DNA from: Opitutia bacterium
GTDB lineage: Bacteria > Verrucomicrobiota > Verrucomicrobiia > Opitutales > Opitutaceae
Length of the DNA stretch: 64,000 nt
Assembly: GCA_947478395.1 (NCBI GenBank)
Contig: CANJVR010000001.1
Span: forward strand, 544,001 to 608,000
Reading direction: 5' to 3'
Both the position numbers and the translations under genes were made by a program. Of the stretch, positions 41,393 through 52,184 are shown in pieces (positions within the stretch are counted from its first letter, which is position 1; each line of letters starts with the position of its first letter). Under the pieces are notes generated by a model that saw nothing but the letters and a program-made list of their open reading frames with translations, had not been told where the DNA came from and ran no database searches.

Positions 41393-42952
41393 ATGAAAAA
41401 TCTACCCCGCCCATCGTTCGCCCTGCTCGCCCTCGCTTCCTCGACGCTCATAGCCCACGCCGAGGTCAAACTCGCTTCTCCGTTCACCCCGCACATGGTT
41501 CTCCAACGCGAGATGCGCGTGCCGGTCTGGGGCACGGCCGCCGCCGATGAGAACGTCACCGTCGCGTTTGCCGGCCAGAAAAAATCGGTCAAGGCCGGCG
41601 CCGACGGCCAGTGGCGCGTCGATCTCGCCGCGCTGAAGACGTCCGCCGAGGGCCAGACGTTCACCGTCACCGGCTCGGCCACGCCGCAACCGATCGCCCT
41701 CGAAGACGTGCTCGTGGGTGAAGTCTGGCTCGGGTCCGGCCAGTCGAACATGGTCTCGACCGTCGCCAAGAAAGGCGGTCCATACGGCGTGATCAATGAG
41801 GCCGATGAAATCGCCGCGGCCAACTACCCGCGCATTCGCATCTTCACCGCGGGCGACACCAAAAGCTACGAACGCAAGGACACCGTGCGCGGGACTTGGA
41901 CCGTATGCAGCCCCGAGGTTGCCGGAAATTTCTCAGCCATCGGCTACATGTTTTCCCGCGACCTGCAAAAGGAACTCAACGTGCCGGTCGGTTTTATGAC
42001 CGTCGCGTCGGGCGCGAGCTGCGCCGAGGCCTGGATCTCGCGCGAAGCAATGTCGGCCGACGGCCAAATCAAGTTCATGCTGGATTCGATCGACGAGTGT
42101 GAGCGCTATTTCCGCGCGGCGCCCGAGAGTCGGGCGGGCGCTGCGCCCATTCGCCCCACCCCAATCAACAAACCGCGTACCGCCGCCCGCGGCGCCGAGC
42201 GCGACCCGGCGAGCGACCAGCATTTCGCGACCGTGCTTTATAACGGCATGGTCAACGCCGTCGTGCCCTACGCGATTCGCGGCGTGCTGTGGTATCAGGG
42301 CGAGTCGATCTGCTGGGGCAGCAAGGGCCTCGATCTTTACGGACACGTCCTACAGACCCTCGTGAAAGACTGGCGCGCGCGCTGGGGCGAAGGCGATCTG
42401 CCGTTCTACCTCGTGCAGCTCCCCGGGCAGCAGAACATCAGCAACAATCCGCGCATCCGTGAGGAACAGGCCAAGGTGCTCGCGCTGCCCAACACCGGCA
42501 TGGCGGTGACGATCGACGTCGGCGAAGCGAAGGACGTTCACCCGCACAACAAGGCACCCGTCGCGAATCGTCTCACGCGTCTCGCCCTCGCCGATGTGTA
42601 TGGGAAAAAGATCGAGGGCCGCAGCCCGATGTTCGCCTCCCTCAAAATCGACGGCGCCGCGGCCCGCGTGAAATTCTCCCACGCTGCCGCCGGCCTCGCC
42701 GCCAAGGGTGGCGCGCTCAAAGGATTCCAGATCGCCGGCGCCGATAAAAACTTCGTCGACGCCGCAGCCCGCATTGAAGGCGACTCGGTCGTCGTCTCCG
42801 CCGCCACCGTCGGCCAACCGGTCGCCGTGCGTTACGGCTGGGACAATTATCCCGAGGGCATGGGCTGCAATCTCGTGTGCGGCGATTTGCCGGCCGCGCC
42901 GTTCCGCACCGACACGTGGGCCTATCCTATCGCCGGCCTCGTCGAGCACTGA
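41393..42952 (+). CDS. Sialate O-acetylesterase (SASA) family protein, copy 1
   Basis: HMVLQR, VWG, GEVWLGSGQSNM, GVLWYQGES, DVHPHNK, PAAPFRTD. Confidence 0.9.
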   Translation: MKNLPRPSFALLALASSTLIAHAEVKLASPFTPHMVLQREMRVPVWGTAAADENVTVAFAGQKKSVKAGADGQWRVDLAALKTSAEGQTFTVTGSATPQPIALEDVLVGEVWLGSGQSNMVSTVAKKGGPYGVINEADEIAAANYPRIRIFTAGDTKSYERKDTVRGTWTVCSPEVAGNFSAIGYMFSRDLQKELNVPVGFMTVASGASCAEAWISREAMSADGQIKFMLDSIDECERYFRAAPESRAGAAPIRPTPINKPRTAARGAERDPASDQHFATVLYNGMVNAVVPYAIRGVLWYQGESICWGSKGLDLYGHVLQTLVKDWRARWGEGDLPFYLVQLPGQQNISNNPRIREEQAKVLALPNTGMAVTIDVGEAKDVHPHNKAPVANRLTRLALADVYGKKIEGRSPMFASLKIDGAAARVKFSHAAAGLAAKGGALKGFQIAGADKNFVDAAARIEGDSVVVSAATVGQPVAVRYGWDNYPEGMGCNLVCGDLPAAPFRTDTWAYPIAGLVEH

Positions 42953-43110
42953 GTTTCCGCGTCGCGGAGGTCTCAAGGCTTTCCAGTTTCGCCTCCGAAG
43001 CGCCCGCTCGTTCCGCTACCCCGGCGGGAATGAATCGCTAGTCCCACTTTAAATTGGTCCGAGTTGTCCGCGCCATCCGCGGCCAAAACTTCCGTCTCCG
43101 ATCCTTCCGC

Positions 43111-44655
43111 ATGAAAACTTCCCCGCTCTCGTTGCGCCCCTTGTTCGCGCTGCTCGCCCTCGCTGCCACGGCGCTCAGCGCCCGCGCCGACGTCAAACTC
43201 GCCTCCCCCTTCACCGACCACATGGTGCTCCAGCGTGAGCTGCCCGTCCCCGTCTGGGGCTGGGCTGATCCGGGTGAAAAAGTGACGGTACAGTTCGCCG
43301 GTCAGACAAAAACGGCGACCGCCGACGCCGACGGCAAGTGGCGCGTCGATCTGGCGGCGCTCACGACGTCGGCCGAATCGCGCGACTTCGTGGTGAGCTC
43401 AGTCAACCTCGCATCTCAAATCTCAAATTTGAAATTACAGGACGTGCTCGTCGGCGAGGTCTGGCTCGGTTCCGGGCAGTCCAACATGGTCTTCCCCGTC
43501 GCGAAAAACGGCGGACCCTACGGCTTGATCAACGAAGCCGAGGAAATCGCGGCGGCGAATTATCCTCTGATTCGCATGTTCACCGGCACCGGCCCGACGG
43601 TTAAATCCGCGACTCCTCAGACCACGGTCGTCGGCGAATGGAAAGTATGTTCGCCCGCGACTGCGGGCGGTTTTTCCGCCGTCGGTTATCTTTTCGCACG
43701 TGAGCTGCAGAAGGAGATCAAAGTTCCCATCGGCATCATCACGCTGGCGTCCGGCGCCAGCTGTGCGCAGGCGTGGATCCGGCGCGAAGCCATGCTCGAC
43801 GACGCCGACTTCAAGGCCGCGCTCGACCGTTTCGACGGCCAAGTGAAAGCCTACGTTCCGCCCACCGCCGAGGCCCGCGCCGCGCAGCAAGCCGCGGCTG
43901 CCGCCGCCCGCGCCGCCGGCCAACGCGCCCCGCGCGGTGGCGCCGCCAATCCCGCGCAGGATCAGCACAACCCCACGGTCTGCTTCAACGGCATGATCGC
44001 CCCGGTCATTCCCTACGCGATTCGCGGCGTGCTGTGGTACCAAGGCGAGTCGATCACTGCGCCAAAGGAATTGTTTCCCAAGTGGAACGCGCAGCTCATC
44101 GCCGACTGGCGCAAACTTTGGGGTCGCGAGCTACCGTTTGCCTTCGTCCAACTTGCCGCCCTCGATAATTCCAGCAACAGCCCGCAGGTCCGCGAGTGGC
44201 AGGCCGAAGCGTTAAAAATTCCCGGCACGGCGATGGCGGTGACCATCGATATTGGCGATCAGAAGGATGTTCATCCGCACAACAAAGCCCCGCTCGGCGA
44301 CCGGCTCGCGCGCATCGCGCTCGCAAATGTCTACGGACGGAAAATCGAATTCTCGGGACCCGTGGTCACCGACACGACGGTCGAAGGCAAAGCGGTGCAC
44401 GTGGAATTTTCCCACGCCGACGGCGGACTAACGGCCAAGGACGGCGCGCTAAAAACCTTCGAGATCGCCGGATTCGACGGGAAATATTTCCCGGCCGACG
44501 CCAAGATTCAGGGCAACCAAGTGATCCTCACCGCCGCCGAGGTCGCGGCGCCGGTCGCCGCGCGTTACGCGTGGTCGAACTATCCCGAGGGCGCGAATCT
44601 CTACAATTTAGCCGGCCTCCCCGCCGCACCGTTCCGCACGGATCGAACGAAATAA
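43111..44655 (+). CDS. Sialate O-acetylesterase (SASA) family protein, copy 2
   Basis: Same motifs as copy 1; tandem paralog; start ATG 43111. Confidence 0.9.
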   Translation: MKTSPLSLRPLFALLALAATALSARADVKLASPFTDHMVLQRELPVPVWGWADPGEKVTVQFAGQTKTATADADGKWRVDLAALTTSAESRDFVVSSVNLASQISNLKLQDVLVGEVWLGSGQSNMVFPVAKNGGPYGLINEAEEIAAANYPLIRMFTGTGPTVKSATPQTTVVGEWKVCSPATAGGFSAVGYLFARELQKEIKVPIGIITLASGASCAQAWIRREAMLDDADFKAALDRFDGQVKAYVPPTAEARAAQQAAAAAARAAGQRAPRGGAANPAQDQHNPTVCFNGMIAPVIPYAIRGVLWYQGESITAPKELFPKWNAQLIADWRKLWGRELPFAFVQLAALDNSSNSPQVREWQAEALKIPGTAMAVTIDIGDQKDVHPHNKAPLGDRLARIALANVYGRKIEFSGPVVTDTTVEGKAVHVEFSHADGGLTAKDGALKTFEIAGFDGKYFPADAKIQGNQVILTAAEVAAPVAARYAWSNYPEGANLYNLAGLPAAPFRTDRTK

Positions 44656-44670
44656 TAAAATCTTCCGAAG

Positions 44671-44759
44671 GTAGGGCGGGTTATCCCTAACCCGCCGCTG
44701 CGACTCGGCTCACAGAGTGATCGGCGCCGAACCGGCGCGTTAGGGATAACGCGCCCTAC
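44671..44759. repeat. GTAG-REP doublet (GTAGGGCG family)
   Basis: GTAGGGCGGGTTATCCCTAACCCGCCG...CGGCGCGTTAGGGATAACGCGCCCTAC, a near-perfect inverted pair. Confidence 0.8.
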
Positions 44760-44788
44760 CCCTCTAACACCCCCAACAACAAATCCCC

Positions 44789-46099
44789 ATGATACCCCGC
44801 CTCAAAAAAGCCGCCGCGACGCTCACCCCCACCCGCCGGCATTTTCTCCGCAATCTCGCCGTCGGTGCTGCCGCGGCCGCTGTTCTCCCCCGCGCGTTCG
44901 GCGCTTTGCCGAAAGCGAAGATCACCAAGGTTAACATTTACCGCCCGCCGAATCTCAATCTCCACTTCAACCAGAGCAACATGGTCGTCACCATCGAGAC
45001 CGATCAGCCCGGTCTGATCGGCGTCGGCGAAGGCGGTTCGCACGATACGATCGAACAGTGCGCCACGCGGCTCATCGGGAAAAATCCGTTCGATATCGAA
45101 CGCTGCTGGCAGGACATGTACCGCGCGTGGTTCTACCCGCCGGGCCGCGAAAAAATCCACGGACTCGGCGCGCTCGACATGGCGCTCTGGGACATCAAGG
45201 GCAAATCCCTCGGCGTGCCCGTGTACGATCTGATCGGCGGCATGAACCGCACCTTCCTCGAGTCGTACAGCAGCGGCGCCGGCACCGGCACGTTGTTGCA
45301 GGAACTCGCCCGCGCCGCCATGGAGCAGGGCTTCCGCGCGTTTCGCATGGACGCCGCCAGCCTGGATCGCATGGGTCGCGGCGGACAGGGCGGACCCGTC
45401 ACCGACGCGGGCCCGTTGCCCGGCGCGATCTACAACACGCACGAACGCGTGCGGCAGGTCGCGAAAGACGCGAAGGACCTGCGCATCGGCGTCGGCGAAA
45501 ATGGCGACTGGCTCATCGACCTGCACCAGCGTTTCGATTTCGCCGATGGGCTCCGCGCGTGCAAACTCGTCGAGGAATACGAGCCGTACCTGATGGAAGA
45601 CCCGGTTCGCCCCGATAATTTCAACGACGATCTGCCCAAGCTGCGCAAGATGACCACCGTGCCGCTCGCGGCCGGCGAAGAATGGGGCCAGCGCTGGGAT
45701 TTCAACAAGCTCGTTGAAAACAAGGATATCGACTACGTGCGCTGCACGCTCCCCAACGTCGGCGGCATCACCGAAATGTTGAAGATCGCCGCCCTCTGCG
45801 AAACGCACGCCGTCGGCATCGTGCCGCATTTCACCGGCTCCATTTCGACCGCGGCACTGGTCCACGCGCTCGGGCCGTTCTCCGGTCCCGTCCTCGTGGA
45901 AATCGGCAGCAATCGCACGCTCCCCCCGCACATCAACCAGGGCCTCGAATTCCGAAAGGGCAAAGTCTGGCCCAACGGCCGGCCCGGTCTCGGCGTAACC
46001 CTGAACATGGAGCAACTCACGCTCGTCGCCTCCATCACCGACCCCGGCGCCGCCCGTCCGGTTTATTTCCGTCCCGACGGCTCGCAGACGAGTTGGTGA
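44789..46099 (+). CDS. Mandelate racemase/enolase-superfamily sugar-acid dehydratase (DgoD-like) with Tat-like signal
   Basis: TRRHFL; DMALWDIKGK, IDLHQR, MEDP, AAGEE, GGITE, PH, PGLGV. Confidence 0.85.
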   Translation: MIPRLKKAAATLTPTRRHFLRNLAVGAAAAAVLPRAFGALPKAKITKVNIYRPPNLNLHFNQSNMVVTIETDQPGLIGVGEGGSHDTIEQCATRLIGKNPFDIERCWQDMYRAWFYPPGREKIHGLGALDMALWDIKGKSLGVPVYDLIGGMNRTFLESYSSGAGTGTLLQELARAAMEQGFRAFRMDAASLDRMGRGGQGGPVTDAGPLPGAIYNTHERVRQVAKDAKDLRIGVGENGDWLIDLHQRFDFADGLRACKLVEEYEPYLMEDPVRPDNFNDDLPKLRKMTTVPLAAGEEWGQRWDFNKLVENKDIDYVRCTLPNVGGITEMLKIAALCETHAVGIVPHFTGSISTAALVHALGPFSGPVLVEIGSNRTLPPHINQGLEFRKGKVWPNGRPGLGVTLNMEQLTLVASITDPGAARPVYFRPDGSQTSW

Positions 46100-46112
46100 A
46101 CCCTTCCGGCAT

Positions 46113-47021
46113 TTGAGCGACCTCGGTCATTTCATCGGCATCGACTGGGGCTCGACCAACGCGCGCGCCCTGCTCTTTGCCTCCGACGGAAAAATCCTCG
46201 AAGAACGCGACGAACCACTCGGCATCAAACACGTGTCGCCGGGCGGCCACCGCGCCGCTTTCGAAAAACTCACCGCGGGCTGGCGCGAGCGACACGGTCC
46301 GATCCCCGCGCTGCTCTCCGGCATGATCGGCAGCCGCACCGGCTGGCGTGAAGCACCGTATGCTGCCGCCCCCGCGAACCTGACCGAACTGTATCATACC
46401 CTCGTGCCCGCGCCGGACGTTGAAAATGTCTGGATCGTTCCCGGCGTCAGCCTCGCTACGACGCGATGCGACGTGATGCGCGGCGAGGAACTGCAATTGC
46501 TCGGACTCGGCGCGCGAGCGGCGGAATTTGACTGGGTCTGCATTCCCGGCACGCACTCGAAATGGATCAGGGCCGAGTGGCCTTTCGTGCGCGAATTTCA
46601 TACCGCGATGACGGGGGAAACGTTCGCGGCCATCGCCGAACACACGCTGTTCGCCCAATTGATTCCGCCCGTGAAACCAGGGTCGGTTTGGGGCAAACCC
46701 GCGTTCCAGTCCGGGCTCGAGCGCTCGGCTCCGCCGCACGGATTGCTGAATTCCTTGTTCGGGATTCGCGCTGACCTGCTGCTCGGCCGAATCCAAGCAA
46801 CGGAAGTCGCCGATCTGATCTCGGGTTTGGTCATCGGCACCGAAATCAATCATGTGCGGGCGCTGACGCAGGTCGGGTCGCGCGTCGCGCTGCTGGCCGC
46901 TCCGGGCCTCCAATCGCGTTACGAATGCGCGCTCGCATTTTTCGATTTCGCGCCCACGGCGTTCGACGTGCGGGCGCTGAACGCCGACGGTTTCCGGCAA
47001 CTCATGCGTTCCCGATCTTAG
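46113..47021 (+). CDS. dgoK: 2-dehydro-3-deoxygalactonokinase
   Basis: IDWGSTNARA, SGMIGSRTGWREAPY, DVMRGEELQ, PGTHSKW, TAMTGE, SGLVIGTE. Confidence 0.92.
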   Translation: MSDLGHFIGIDWGSTNARALLFASDGKILEERDEPLGIKHVSPGGHRAAFEKLTAGWRERHGPIPALLSGMIGSRTGWREAPYAAAPANLTELYHTLVPAPDVENVWIVPGVSLATTRCDVMRGEELQLLGLGARAAEFDWVCIPGTHSKWIRAEWPFVREFHTAMTGETFAAIAEHTLFAQLIPPVKPGSVWGKPAFQSGLERSAPPHGLLNSLFGIRADLLLGRIQATEVADLISGLVIGTEINHVRALTQVGSRVALLAAPGLQSRYECALAFFDFAPTAFDVRALNADGFRQLMRSRS

Positions 47022-47194
47022 CCTTTACCCGAATGACCCGCGGCCCGCGGGCCAGCGCGCCGTAGCGCCGCCGAGATGAAAAGCACAGGGGAAAGGGGTA
47101 GTCCTCAGACGAAAACCGCGCGAATTTCAGGGTCAACGTCCGGTCCGCCAAGAGGCATGAGCGAGCTGAGTTTACCGCGCTGGTTTCGTTGGCT

Positions 47195-47256
47195 GGAACG
47201 GTTCGATTTTTTCCGTGGCCGTTTGTCTAGCGACTACGCTTTTGGTTAAACCGCTC
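47195..47256 (-). mobile_element. Empty MITE-like element of family A (no internal REP doublet)
   Basis: Minus strand GAGCGGTTTAACCAAAAGCGTAGTCGCTAGAC joined directly to AAACGGCCACGGAAAAAATCGAACCGTTCC. Confidence 0.6.
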
Positions 47257-47527
47257 GAGCGCTCCACATCGGAATCTGAGCCCCACCCTTTCGCGCGGAG
47301 GTGTCCGCGTTTTGCAGGCCTTTACGCGGCCAAACCTCCACCGCGATTTCAGCTTCGGAAACGTCATTCGCCGCCGTATTCGCTTTCGCCCTCCGACCTC
47401 GAAGCTGATCGCGTGCTAATTGCTTCCCGCGGGCCCCGCGCGCCGACGTTGGCCACTCCAATTCCCCCCTGGCCCTCTTAGTCTGCCGCCCAGGAGGCCA
47501 ATTTTTCACGGGCTCTTTTCAGAGGGA

Positions 47528-47548
47528 ATGTCACTTATTAAGTGACAT
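47528..47548. promoter_or_regulatory. Perfect AT-rich palindrome (candidate protein-binding site)
   Basis: ATGTCACTTA-T-TAAGTGACAT, about 120 nt upstream of the DUF885 gene. Confidence 0.5.
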
Positions 47549-47665
47549 GCGATCCGAGCGATTTCTCGGGGAACGCGGCATGACCGGCGTCGTTCGGCTG
47601 CGACGGATTCGCGCGGCAGACCTGTAATTCCCGGCGTGGACTCGACACGGAACGGTCCGGACGGT

Positions 47666-49444
47666 ATGCCGCCACTCATGATTCAATCCCTACGTGCTCT
47701 CGGCGGTTTTCTCGCGTTAGGTTCAGGTCTGCTCGCCGCGGATACGACGTTCGATCAGTTCGCGGACGCGTTATCCGCCGAATGGATGCGCGCCAATCCC
47801 TCCCGGGCGACAGCCGTCCAATATTTCTCCGGCGCCGAGCAGGACGCGCTCGATCGCCAGCTCACGCCCATCACCCGCGAAGCCCGCGCGGCGCGCGTCG
47901 CTCTCGCCCAACGCGGCCTGGCCGATCTCGCGAAGTTCAATCGCAACGCCCTCGACGCCACGCAGCGCATCTCGGCCACCATGCTCGAGTGGCAGCTCAA
48001 GGACGTCGTCCAAGCCGAGTCGTTCGCCGTCTACGAATTCATTTTCGAGCAATTTGGCGGTCTGCAAGTGGGGCTCGTTAACTTTCTCAGTCAGACTCAT
48101 CCGGTGCGCAATCGCCGCGACGTCGAGAACTACCTCGCGCGCCTCAGCCTCGTCGCCGCACAGATGGACGAAGGCAGCGCGCAGGCGAAAGAACGGGCGG
48201 CGCAGGGCATCGTCCCGCCCAAATTCATTATCACCTCCACGCTGAGCCAGTTCGATCGCTTCCTCGGCGGCGAACCGCGGCAAAATATTCTCGTCACGTC
48301 GCTCGACGATCGCGCCGCCAAACTCAGCGACCTGCCCGCGGCCGACCGCGCGACCTTGGTGGCTTCGGCGCAGAAAATCGTCACGGAGGCGATCCTCCCC
48401 GCCTTCCGGCGCGCTCGTGCGCTGCTCGAAAGTCAACTGTCCACCGCGAGCGACGACGCGGGCTTGTGGCGCTTTCCGGGCGGCGACCGGGCCTACGCCG
48501 ACGCGCTGCGGCGCATGACCACCACCGATCTCACGCCGGATCAAATCCACGCTCTCGGCCTAAAAGAAGTCGCGCGCATCGAAGGCTTGATGAACACCCT
48601 GCTGCGTTCGCTCGGTTACAACGACGGTTCCGTCGCGGAGCGGATGCGAAAACTGACCGCCGATCGCCAGCCGCCCGCCGAGCCCGATCCGCGGCCGGCA
48701 CTACTCGCGCGTTTCACGGAAATCCTCCGCGACGCCGAGCGCCGCTCCGCCCTGATCTTCGATCTCCGCCCGCGTGCGCAGATCGAGGTTCGCCGCGAAC
48801 CACCTTTCACAGAGAGAACCGCGGCGGCGCACTACACCTTACCCGCGCCTGACGGCACGCGGCCCGGAATATTCTGGGCGCCGCTGCCCGGCCCCTTTTT
48901 CGAGGTCGGCGGCATGCGCACCCTCGCGTATCACGAAGGCGTCCCCGGGCATCACTTCCAACTCGCGATCCAGCAGGAGCTGACCTCGCTGCCACGTTTC
49001 CGGCGCGATCGGATCTTCGGCGGATTGCCCGCCCATTCCGAAGGCTGGGCGCTCTACGCCGAGCAACTCGCGGCAGAGAACAACTGGTATGAAGGCGATG
49101 CGCCCGGCCGGCTTGGCCAGCTCGCCGCCGAACTTTTTCGCGCGCGCCGGCTCGTGGTCGACACGGGCCTGCACGCGAAACACTGGACGCGCCAGCAGGC
49201 GATCGACTATGGCATCGCGGCCTCCGAGGTGGAACGCTACGTCGTCCTGCCCGGTCAGGCCTGCGCCTACAAAATCGGTCAGCTGAAAATCCTGGAGGTC
49301 CGCGCGAAGGCCCAGGCGGCGCTCGGCGAAAAATTTTCGATGAAGGAGTTTCACAACGTCGTACTGCGCACGGGCTGCGTCCCCCTCGACGCACTGGCCG
49401 TGGCAGTCGACGAGTGGACCGTGGGGCAGAAAACCCGGCCGTAA
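47666..49444 (+). CDS. DUF885 family protein (putative secreted metallopeptidase-like)
   Basis: TLAYHEGVPGHHFQ, EGWALYAE, RARRLVVDTGLH, PGQACAYKIG. Confidence 0.9.
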   Translation: MPPLMIQSLRALGGFLALGSGLLAADTTFDQFADALSAEWMRANPSRATAVQYFSGAEQDALDRQLTPITREARAARVALAQRGLADLAKFNRNALDATQRISATMLEWQLKDVVQAESFAVYEFIFEQFGGLQVGLVNFLSQTHPVRNRRDVENYLARLSLVAAQMDEGSAQAKERAAQGIVPPKFIITSTLSQFDRFLGGEPRQNILVTSLDDRAAKLSDLPAADRATLVASAQKIVTEAILPAFRRARALLESQLSTASDDAGLWRFPGGDRAYADALRRMTTTDLTPDQIHALGLKEVARIEGLMNTLLRSLGYNDGSVAERMRKLTADRQPPAEPDPRPALLARFTEILRDAERRSALIFDLRPRAQIEVRREPPFTERTAAAHYTLPAPDGTRPGIFWAPLPGPFFEVGGMRTLAYHEGVPGHHFQLAIQQELTSLPRFRRDRIFGGLPAHSEGWALYAEQLAAENNWYEGDAPGRLGQLAAELFRARRLVVDTGLHAKHWTRQQAIDYGIAASEVERYVVLPGQACAYKIGQLKILEVRAKAQAALGEKFSMKEFHNVVLRTGCVPLDALAVAVDEWTVGQKTRP

Positions 49445-49511
49445 TGCACCGAGTAACTAGCCGATGGTTTTGCACCCCCGACTGCGGGCCGAAGCCTCGC
49501 CCGATCTAGCC

Positions 49512-50932
49512 TCACGGCGTTTTCCGGCCGTCGACGCGCAAAAGGAATTTTAGCGCGTACAGATTCACACGCTCGCGCACCACTAGAGCATCCGCCACCG
49601 CGCCATCGATCCCGAGGTCGGTCACATCCGTGATCACGTCGCCTTCCTCCGGGTTCATCGCGATCCACGCCAAAATCTTGAGTAGGTTTTCCTTGGTATA
49701 TAACGGGAGAATCTGCGCCAGCACGACCGCGGGAATATACGCTTCCACCGGGATTTGCACCGCGTCCGGCACGGCGCAGACACAGAGCAAGTGCCGCACT
49801 CGTGTCACGGGATCGCCCTCCAACCCGGGCTTCCAACTGCGCAACGCGTCGCTCACGTCCCTCACGATCGGTGCGATAAATTCAGGCAGCGGCTCGCCGG
49901 GCGGCGCGATTGGCGCAACGACGCCTCCGTCCGGCGGTAGACTGAAATCGAGTTTCGCGATGTCCGCGGCCGTGAGTTTCATCCACGCGGGTTCGGCCAC
50001 GGGCTTGGGTGTCACCGCGGGAGGGGTTGCGACCGCCGGCGACGCAATCGCTGGTGGCGACGCCACCGGCGGAGTTTTCTGGACCGCCGGCGCCGGCTCG
50101 GCGTCGACCGAAATCGCCACGCGTCCCCGCCACTCCGCGAGTCCGCCCACCGCGAACCACGCGGCAAACACGGGCAGCAACCAGACCCGGCCGCCGCTCG
50201 CGCTGAAACGTTGGCGGGCATCCCACCGAAAAAGTTTCGCGCCCGCGACACAGCCCGCCGCGCCGATCAGAGCCAAGGCCAGCAAACTGAAACGCGCCCC
50301 GGCAAAGCCTCGTCCCGTCACCGTCGTCTGCAAGGCCTCCACCGCGTAGCGTCCCGGGAAAAACGCCGACACATGCTGCGCCCACGCGGGCAGGCTCGCG
50401 AGTTGCACGGCCACGCCGCCGATGATGAGCATCGGCAGAAAAATGCACTGCCCCAGCGCCTGCACCGCGGGGACGTTGTCCGCGAGCATCGCGATCACGA
50501 GACCGAGCCCGATAAACGCGAACGACACGGCCGTGAACGCCAGCCACAGATCAAACGGATGCGCGGGCGCGGTCATACCGACGGCGAGCGCCACCGCGAA
50601 TTGGAGCAGACCGGCCGTGAGCACGATCACGTACCGGGCGATCGCGGTGCTGGTGACCACCGCCCAGGTCGGCACGGGCGCGAGCCGGTAACGTCGCCAG
50701 ACGCCCCGCTCGCGTTCGCTGACGAGCGTGGTCGGCAAGCCGAAGCACGCGCCGCCGAGTACACTCACGGTGAGCAATTCGCCGAGATGCCGCAGCAACG
50801 GGATTTTTTCGTGACGGTAAAGCACCCAGAAGGCCGCGAGAAAAACGAGGGGAAACAAATATCCGTACAACAGCGCCATGCGGTTCCGAAAATGGAGCCG
50901 CAACGAAATCGCCAGATGCTGCCAGAGGCCGT

Positions 50933-50936
<4 letters not shown>
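49512..50936 (-). CDS. ABC-2 type permease with long C-terminal soluble extension
   Basis: ERERGVWRRYRLAPVP motif, several TM helices, Pro/Ala linker, then an extra domain. Confidence 0.82.
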
Positions 50937-51892
<956 letters not shown>

Positions 51893-52184
51893 GGAGATAA
51901 CCGGAAGGTCGCCGTCGATACGCCCTACTTTGCCCGGGAACAAGCCGTTTCGCCAACGGTGCGGAGAAACGGGACGACTGAACACAACCAGGAACACACC
52001 CCTGCACGGTGAGCCCACTCTCGCAGAGAAGATTTCTTGAAAGGGCCCGGTGGCGGGCCGGGACCTTGCGTCACCACGTTCCGACCTTACTGTCCGGAGG
52101 CGCCTGAGATTATCCCGGGCAACCTTTCAATCAGGCTAACCTTAGCAATCCCCCTTGGCTGAGTTCCTCCCATTCGTTTTCTAA

